Source: Patescibacteria group bacterium (GTDB taxonomy: Bacteria > Patescibacteriota > Patescibacteriia > 2-01-FULL-39-33). Taken from it: a stretch of 32,000 bases of DNA. The notes beneath the pieces were generated by a model, which was given only the letters and a program-made list of their open reading frames with translations, did not search any database and had not been told where the DNA came from. Below are positions 26,636-32,000 of this stretch, piece after piece. The position numbers and the translations under genes were made by a program. The DNA lies in the NCBI GenBank assembly GCA_041649575.1, contig JBAZMW010000001.1:212908-244907 (forward strand). The letters run 5' to 3'. Position 1 is the first letter of the stretch, and the number at the start of each line of letters is the position of its first letter.

Positions 26636-27040
26636 ATGTCCAAAAAAGCGATTCTCTATACGGATGGGGGAGCAAGAGGCAATCCGGGACCGGCCGGTAT
26701 CGGCGGGGTTTTAAAGCTGGGGGAAAGAATTGAAAAATTCAAAAAATATATCGGTGAAGCGACCAATAACCAGGCGGAATACTGGGCTTTGATTTTGGGT
26801 TTGGAAAAAGCCAAGGATTTGGGAGTGGAAGAACTCGATTGCTTTTTGGATTCGGAACTGGTGGTCAAACAATTAAATAAAGAATACAGGGTAAAAGACA
26901 AAGATTTGGCGCCGTTGTTTGTGAAGGTCTGGAATTTGTCTGTAAATTTTAAAAAAATAACTTTCAAACATATTTTTCGTGAACAAAATAAATTGGCAGA
27001 CAAATTGGTTAATGAGGCCATTGATGGCCGAGAAGATTAA
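26636..27040 (+). CDS. Ribonuclease HI family protein
   Basis: AILYTDGGARGNPGPAGIGGVL, TNNQAEYWALILGLE, DSELVVKQL, REQNKLADKLVNEA; start trimmed from 26507. Confidence 0.93.
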   Translation: MSKKAILYTDGGARGNPGPAGIGGVLKLGERIEKFKKYIGEATNNQAEYWALILGLEKAKDLGVEELDCFLDSELVVKQLNKEYRVKDKDLAPLFVKVWNLSVNFKKITFKHIFREQNKLADKLVNEAIDGRED

Positions 27041-27067
27041 AGCAAAAAATAATTTAAAAAACAAAAA

Positions 27068-27090
27068 CCCCGCTGTTGGCGGGGATTTTG
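27068..27090. terminator. Bidirectional terminator between RNase H-like gene and rnpB
   Basis: CCCCGC-tgttg-GCGGGG with A-rich and T-rich flanks. Confidence 0.75.
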
Positions 27091-27094
27091 TTAT

Positions 27095-27495
27095 CCAAAC
27101 GGGCCTATAAGCCGAATTCTGTATCCCGATGAAAATCGGGATGATGATCATCTATCTGTTCTCGGCATTGCTGCCGGAATCAAGCTCCCTACTAAATTTG
27201 GGATTGCACCAGGTAGAGTTTACCACGGGCTCTCTGTCGCCAGAGGCCGAGTGACGTAGTTTTAATTTAAGGAGATATCTCTTGCTTAATTTAAAACATC
27301 ATCACACTTTTCACCTTTCATCCCGCTAACAGCAGGATTAGTATTGTCTCTGTGGAACTGGTCCTCTTCGGCCGTCGCCAGCCGAAGGGTGGGCGTTACC
27401 CACTACCATGACATTGATCTTTTTAAGAATCAAAGAGTGTTCGGACTTTCCTCCCCGATAAAGTATCAGGGCAATCATCCAACCCGTTTGGATAA
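27095..27495 (-). ncRNA. rnpB: RNase P RNA (bacterial type A-like)
   Basis: Reverse strand has GAGGAAAGTCCGAACA near the 5' end and ACAGAATTCGGCTTATAGGCCC at the 3' end, both rnpB hallmarks; promoter TTGACA-N17-TACCAT immediately upstream. Confidence 0.93.
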
Positions 27496-27500
27496 ACAGA

Positions 27501-27529
27501 ATGGTAGCAAATAATTTTATTTTTGTCAA
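27501..27529 (-). promoter_or_regulatory. rnpB promoter
   Basis: Reverse strand TTGACA-N17-TACCAT. Confidence 0.75.
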
Positions 27530-27569
27530 TGGGCTTTCAAAAATACGATAACCTTGTTATTATTAGTTT

Positions 27570-27696
27570 ACTGGTGGGAGCGCCTACGCCCTGCCAGTTG
27601 AAATAGCCGCTAGTTGAGTTGGGCACGGGCTGGTTCATCGCCGACTCTTTAAGCTTTAGTAGTGATAAGCGAACGGGCTACTAGCGGCCCTTTTTT
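27570..27696 (+). ncRNA. Candidate structured RNA/leader ending in a terminator
   Basis: ACTGG/CCAGT hairpin (27570-27598); long-range GCCGCTAGT/ACTAGCGGC; internal GAGTTGG/CCGACTC and GCTT/AAGC; then CCTTTTTT. Confidence 0.5.
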
Positions 27697-27748
27697 ATTT
27701 TTGACAAAATGGTTTTTTTATGATAGGCTCTTTTGTTAAAATTAATTT

Positions 27749-29152
27749 ATGAAACGTTCGGAAATCGCTATCTCGGCCAGCCTGGTGCCCATTGATTATC
27801 TGATGATTATCTTGGCTGGGATAGTCTCTTATTATATTCGTTTTTGGGAGCCGGTAAAAAACATTCGGCCGGTGGTTTTTAATCTGTCTTTCAATGCCTT
27901 TTTAAGCTATTTGTTTTTAATCGCTTTCATTTGGCTGATCAGCTTCGCTTTGGCCGGATTGTATTCGATGCGAGGCACACGTCGGACTATCGATGAGATT
28001 TCGAAAATAGTTCTGGGCTGCTCAACGGCAGTAATGATTTTGATGTTTGTCTTTTTTTTCAGTCGCAATCTTTTTGACTCCCGCTTTATTATCTTGGCCG
28101 GCTGGCTGTTTAGCATAATTTTTATTCTCATCGGTCGGGGGCTGGTGCGCACCGTTCAGCGTCGGCTCTATGGTTTTAATATCGGGACGCACCGTGTGAT
28201 TATCATTGGCAAAGGAGCCGTAGCCGAGGAAGTGGCCAGTAATTTTAACAAAGACATAAAAGCGGGTTTTAAGGTGGTTGATCAGTTTGCGGATTTCAGC
28301 GAGGTGGTGGAGAGCCAATTGCAACTAATGGTCAAAGACGATAAGTTTGATGAAATTTTGGTAGCTACGCCCAATCTTTCCCCGGAAACCCTAGAAAGAA
28401 TTAATGATTTTTCTTATATAAATCATGTGGCCTTGAAGTATGTGGCCGATATTTTTGAATTTCCTATTAATAATTTTGAAATTAATAACATTTCCGGACT
28501 GCCAATAGTGGAAGTAAAAAAAACCAGCCTGGATGGCTGGGGCCGGATTTCCAAAAGAGTTTTTGATTTAATTATTTCAACCATAATTATTGTTGTCTTA
28601 TCGCCAATATTTCTGCTAACGGCCTTAGCTATTAAGCTGGATTCGCGCGGTTCGGTGTTTTTTACCTATCGCCGTATCGGCGAGCAGGGCCGAGAGTTCA
28701 GTTATTTCAAGTTTCGTTCAATGATTAGTGATGCTCATAAATATCGTTTTGACGAAGAATTCCTGAAAGAGCACCAAAACTTGCGCGCTGGCACGCCAAT
28801 GATGAAATTCAAAGACGATCCGCGCATTACCCGAGTGGGAAAAGTCATCCGTCGTTTCAGTATTGACGAGTTGCCCGAGCTGTTTAATGTTTTTATTGGC
28901 AAGATGAGCCTGGTGGGGCCAAGGCCGCATGAGATAGAAGAAGTGGCTCGGTATCAGAATTATCACCGCAAGGTTCTGACTATCAAGCCGGGTATGACTG
29001 GCATGGCCCAGGTCTCGGGCCGGAGCGATTTGAATTTTGACGAAGAAGTCCGGCTGGATGTTTGGTATATGGAAAATTGGAGCTTGAAACTGGATTTGAT
29101 GATCCTGTTCAAGACGCCGCTGGCGGTGCTAAAAAAAAGAAAGACAGAGTAA
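27749..29152 (+). CDS. Undecaprenyl-phosphate sugar phosphotransferase / exopolysaccharide polyprenyl glycosylphosphotransferase
   Basis: Multiple TM segments, CoA-binding-like middle domain, KRVFDLIISTIIIVVLSPIFLLTALAIKLDSRGSVFFTYRRIGEQGREFSYFKFRSM, KPGMTGMAQVSGR. Confidence 0.93.
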   Translation: MKRSEIAISASLVPIDYLMIILAGIVSYYIRFWEPVKNIRPVVFNLSFNAFLSYLFLIAFIWLISFALAGLYSMRGTRRTIDEISKIVLGCSTAVMILMFVFFFSRNLFDSRFIILAGWLFSIIFILIGRGLVRTVQRRLYGFNIGTHRVIIIGKGAVAEEVASNFNKDIKAGFKVVDQFADFSEVVESQLQLMVKDDKFDEILVATPNLSPETLERINDFSYINHVALKYVADIFEFPINNFEINNISGLPIVEVKKTSLDGWGRISKRVFDLIISTIIIVVLSPIFLLTALAIKLDSRGSVFFTYRRIGEQGREFSYFKFRSMISDAHKYRFDEEFLKEHQNLRAGTPMMKFKDDPRITRVGKVIRRFSIDELPELFNVFIGKMSLVGPRPHEIEEVARYQNYHRKVLTIKPGMTGMAQVSGRSDLNFDEEVRLDVWYMENWSLKLDLMILFKTPLAVLKKRKTE

Positions 29153-29187
29153 GATAACTAGCCCTTTGGGTAAGGAGGAATAGAGAC

Positions 29188-29409
29188 ATGGTAAAGTGTG
29201 TTCCGATTTTCTGCTGTACTGTCGCTCGCGACAAGGCGCTTGGGGCCCTTAAGAGGGAGTTTCCCGACCTTAGTATGACAACCAGTAGCGGTTGGGCCGG
29301 TGAGACTGGCATAGAGATTGAGCTTCCTCGAGAAAGGTTGGACGAGGTGACAGGCTTCATCGAGGAGTCACTGGCGTTGATTTTCGTGCGGTTCGGCTGC
29401 GCCAACTAA
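29188..29409 (+). CDS. Small hypothetical protein
   Basis: AAGGAGG upstream of ATG. Confidence 0.6.
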   Translation: MVKCVPIFCCTVARDKALGALKREFPDLSMTTSSGWAGETGIEIELPRERLDEVTGFIEESLALIFVRFGCAN

Positions 29410-29430
29410 GGAGGAAAGGAGGAAGGAGCT

Positions 29431-29643
29431 ATGAGTTTCAGATCCGATCTGGGTCCCATTATGATCTTTTTGGGTGACTGGCAGGACTTCGATCACGGGA
29501 AGTCCATCTCAATGCTTGTCCCGGAGGGATCAAATCTCGCGGTTGGAGATGTCTTCGAGTGGGAATGTGGTCAATTTCACGGGACAGCAAATGTCCTCGG
29601 TGTGGACGGTGGTCGCTGTACCGTCAGCAAACTCAGTGGTTGA
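29431..29643 (+). CDS. Small hypothetical protein
   Basis: AAGGAGGAAGGAG upstream of ATG; terminator downstream. Confidence 0.6.
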   Translation: MSFRSDLGPIMIFLGDWQDFDHGKSISMLVPEGSNLAVGDVFEWECGQFHGTANVLGVDGGRCTVSKLSG

Positions 29644-29669
29644 TTGATAGTCTGACTCTCGACTTCGCC

Positions 29670-29728
29670 CCCTGCTCAACGCCAAGTCACTTAGGTGAAA
29701 GGCGTGAGCTCAGGGGGTGTTTTTTTAA
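29670..29728 (+). terminator. Terminator after the two small genes
   Basis: CCCCCTGctcaACGCC...GGCGTgagctCAGGGGG then T7. Confidence 0.85.
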
Positions 29729-29736
29729 AATGGCAT

Positions 29737-29910
29737 ACAATGCGCCGCGGCTATCTGTCGTTTCGTCAGGACAAAAGCGCAGCTTTTGGACTGGCGAAAT
29801 GAAGCGCCAGCGTCAGATAGCCGCTGTTCGGCGACGTCGCGAAGCGACGAGACGAACAGCGGGAACCGCGGCGCATTCAGCGACAGAGCGAAGCGATGTC
29901 GCTGAACGTA
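29737..29910. repeat. Multi-hairpin repeat element, copy 1 (complete)
   Basis: First 129 nt identical to 31872-32000. Inverted arms TGCGCCGCGG/CCGCGGCGCA, CTATCTG/CAGATAG, CAAAAGC/GCTTTTG, CTGGCG/CGCCAG, CCGCTGTTCG/CGAACAGCGG, GTCGC/GCGAC, TTCAGCGACA/TGTCGCTGAA. Confidence 0.9.
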
Positions 29911-29925
29911 TCGGGCTATCTGAAG

Positions 29926-29985
29926 TTTTTGTCATCTTTTCCGTGGTAAAATCGTCCGGAGGACACCACGGAAAAGGGACAAAAA
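29926..29985. repeat. Long hairpin
   Basis: TTTTTGTC..CTTTTCCGTGGT / ACCACGGAAAAG..GACAAAAA. Confidence 0.8.
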
Positions 29986-30020
29986 TTTGGGTGGAGCCCA
30001 AAAAAAATTCTCATGGTTAC

Positions 30021-30590
30021 TTAACGACCTTCTTTAATGCGTCTTAAATAGAATTTGATCCGATCAATATCAGTTATTGTTTTCCACGAAGTAGCAGCTA
30101 AACCAATTGGGTCTTTCAATCCGGGGATTATGTTTGCTCTAATTTCTTGCCCCAACCAACCGCCCCAAGTGGCCTTGTCTTGACAATGATAAAGCTCGTG
30201 GGCTTTAACAAATCTTTTGACGCGAGGTGATAAGTCTTGTCTGACTGTGGCGCTGTTTCCGCCGCCATATCCATACGCAGGGTATATGTCTTCTTTTGGA
30301 ACATATTCAACATGGTATTGCTGGCCATTAATTAGCACAACTTCGGCTGGATTTTGTGGAATATGTTGCTTTTGCGGCGGAGTAGAATCTGTTCTTTCCT
30401 GGATTTGTTGGCGGATTTCTCTGACGCGCTCAAGCTCTTCTGGTGTCTTTTGAAGAAAATCACGAGCTGGAGATTGTTCAGGTCTAACATCTTGGTAATT
30501 CTCTAAGTCAGGCTGGCTGGGGTGGGTCTCCTGTTTAGGATTAAGCGTGGTATATTCTTGACCTGGATTTGTTCCCTCGAATTTATTCAT
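30021..30590 (-). CDS. Hypothetical protein with HExxH motif (HELYH)
   Basis: KRFVKAHELYHCQDKATWGGWLGQEIRAN within a 189-aa frame; intact ORF with low-complexity N-terminus. Confidence 0.6.
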   Translation of the reverse strand: MNKFEGTNPGQEYTTLNPKQETHPSQPDLENYQDVRPEQSPARDFLQKTPEELERVREIRQQIQERTDSTPPQKQHIPQNPAEVVLINGQQYHVEYVPKEDIYPAYGYGGGNSATVRQDLSPRVKRFVKAHELYHCQDKATWGGWLGQEIRANIIPGLKDPIGLAATSWKTITDIDRIKFYLRRIKEGR

Positions 30591-30685
30591 AACATTGTTA
30601 GATAGAAAAGAATTTTTTTTGGGCGTAACCAGATAGCCCGTGTTGTGCGATGTATCTGCATTATTAAAAAAGCGACAAAAACTTC

Positions 30686-31792
30686 CTATTTTTTACTTTT
30701 ATTTTCTTTCTGGATGGTTTTTTGATTATACCAGGGATTGCCGGCGGAGGTCGAGATTAACTCTCTTGACGTATAGTCATAATACACGCCCAGAAAGTAA
30801 CTCACGTATTGGACAAATTGCAAAGTTGCGAAAAACTGCTTGAAAAAGTTATCCTGATCAAGCTTGGTAGTAACAAGCGTAATGTTCTTATTCTGTGGAA
30901 TTTTTTGAGTGAGCAGTTTTGTGAGGTTGCCAATTTTATTTTTTGTATAGGCATCCTCATTTTTATCGCTAAATAGCCAAAGTGCGTGTTTTTCTTTTGG
31001 ATCAGTAAAAACGGCAACCTCGCTGTGTCCAAACTCGTGAAAATAATTTCTATGGGCAGGAGCCATTGCCATTTCGTTGATGTGCATTTTTGCCAACTTT
31101 AAGAGTGACAATTGCCACTTAGGTGAAGCCAGCAAAATTATATCTTTATCTTGAAGTTGTTTTGCAATAGTCTTGGCTTCCTCTATTTTTTGCTTTGAAA
31201 ATTCACGTTGCACGAATTTTGCCGCTTCCCCGATTTCTTTTTGAAAATTTGTTTTAAGCAAACCTAGCTTATGGAAAATGTTCAATAAAATGCTGAAATA
31301 CTGCGGGGCATGGAATAGCGGGTATTCTCTGTCTGGATTTGTTATACGCCAATAGATAAGCGAGACATTTTCCTCAATGGCAATTTTTTCAAGTTTGCCG
31401 CCAGAGGTAAGAAAGATAATATCATCTGTATACGCCTTGAATTGGTGATAAGCATTGATTGGCTCCTGTGAATGGCCGGAATAAGAACTGATGATCACAA
31501 GCGTTTTACCTTTTTTCAACTCAGCAATGTTCAAAAGAAAATCGAGGTCATAATCGTTGATAACCTCGACATAGATAGGGATGCTTTTGGCCGCAAAAAA
31601 ACCTTTGATGATGTCAGAAACAATTGCGGAACAGCCCATTCCAGTAAATATAATACGTTCATATTGGCCAGATGAGATTTTCTTTTGGATTCTCTTGCCC
31701 AGTTTTTCGAGTGAGTACTCGTCGTTTCGTAGCAATCCCGGAATATATTGGGTTTCAATGAATTGTTTGTAGCGTTTTAGTCTTGGTTGCAT
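30686..31792 (-). CDS. SIS-domain protein, divergent bifunctional phosphoglucose/phosphomannose isomerase-like
   Basis: IIFTGMGCSAIVSDIIKGFF, KTLVIISSYSGHSQEP, NYFHEFGHSEV. Confidence 0.7.
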   Translation of the reverse strand: MQPRLKRYKQFIETQYIPGLLRNDEYSLEKLGKRIQKKISSGQYERIIFTGMGCSAIVSDIIKGFFAAKSIPIYVEVINDYDLDFLLNIAELKKGKTLVIISSYSGHSQEPINAYHQFKAYTDDIIFLTSGGKLEKIAIEENVSLIYWRITNPDREYPLFHAPQYFSILLNIFHKLGLLKTNFQKEIGEAAKFVQREFSKQKIEEAKTIAKQLQDKDIILLASPKWQLSLLKLAKMHINEMAMAPAHRNYFHEFGHSEVAVFTDPKEKHALWLFSDKNEDAYTKNKIGNLTKLLTQKIPQNKNITLVTTKLDQDNFFKQFFATLQFVQYVSYFLGVYYDYTSRELISTSAGNPWYNQKTIQKENKSKK

Positions 31793-31871
31793 AGCGTAGG
31801 GAAAGAAAATAAAAGTTTTATAAATGATGTTTTTGTCGCCTCCTTAATTATATGACATGCAGATATGTCGC

Positions 31872-32000
31872 ACAATGCGCCGCGGCTATCTGTCGTTTCG
31901 TCAGGACAAAAGCGCAGCTTTTGGACTGGCGAAATGAAGCGCCAGCGTCAGATAGCCGCTGTTCGGCGACGTCGCGAAGCGACGAGACGAACAGCGGGAA
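31872..32000. repeat. Multi-hairpin repeat element, copy 2 (truncated by window end)
   Basis: Exact 129-nt direct repeat of 29737-29865. Confidence 0.95.

Noticed and set aside
27570-27696. Identification as SRP RNA, 6S RNA or tmRNA
   Set aside because: No SRP GGAAG/AGCA domain, no single long 6S-like hairpin and no tRNA-like tmRNA end; left as unassigned.
29559-30047. 162-aa ORF on the + strand
   Set aside because: Runs through a strong terminator and the multi-hairpin repeat; product is Arg/Ser-rich repeat translation.

Overview
This 32 kb window looks like a chromosomal segment of a small-genome, AT-leaning bacterium. Gene content and short protein versions suggest Candidate Phyla Radiation/Patescibacteria, which is inference only. 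Nearly all core genes are on the + strand: beta-CASP RNase C-terminus, SIMPL-domain protein, tRNA-Ala(CGC), tRNA-Val(CAC), polysaccharide deacetylase, uvrB, uvrA, a short uvrC, secreted protein and lipoprotein, Sua5/YrdC, PfkB kinase, pyruvate phosphate dikinase, ADP-forming acyl-CoA synthetase, murJ, lepA, recJ, RNase H-like, and a sugar transferase. RNase P RNA is on the - strand. Short ORFan genes, mostly on the - strand, sit between the core genes; they have strong Shine-Dalgarno (SD) sequences and near-consensus -35/-10 promoters, while the core genes essentially lack SD. No CRISPR array, recombinase or recognisable defence system was found. The best candidates for undescribed features are: (1) a ~230 nt independently transcribed structured RNA on the - strand at ~21682-21911; (2) a second structured RNA with terminator at ~27570-27696; (3) a 129-bp exact direct repeat of a multi-hairpin element (29737-29865 and 31872-32000) bracketing two genes; (4) two related ~200 bp inverted-repeat elements (3037-3235, 17217-17433); (5) a tRNA-Ala carried on a long stem between two tRNA-like halves; (6) a palindromic repeat inserted in frame in uvrA; (7) the SD-rich ORFans versus SD-less core genes; (8) a paralogous small protein family with a repeated WWL motif.
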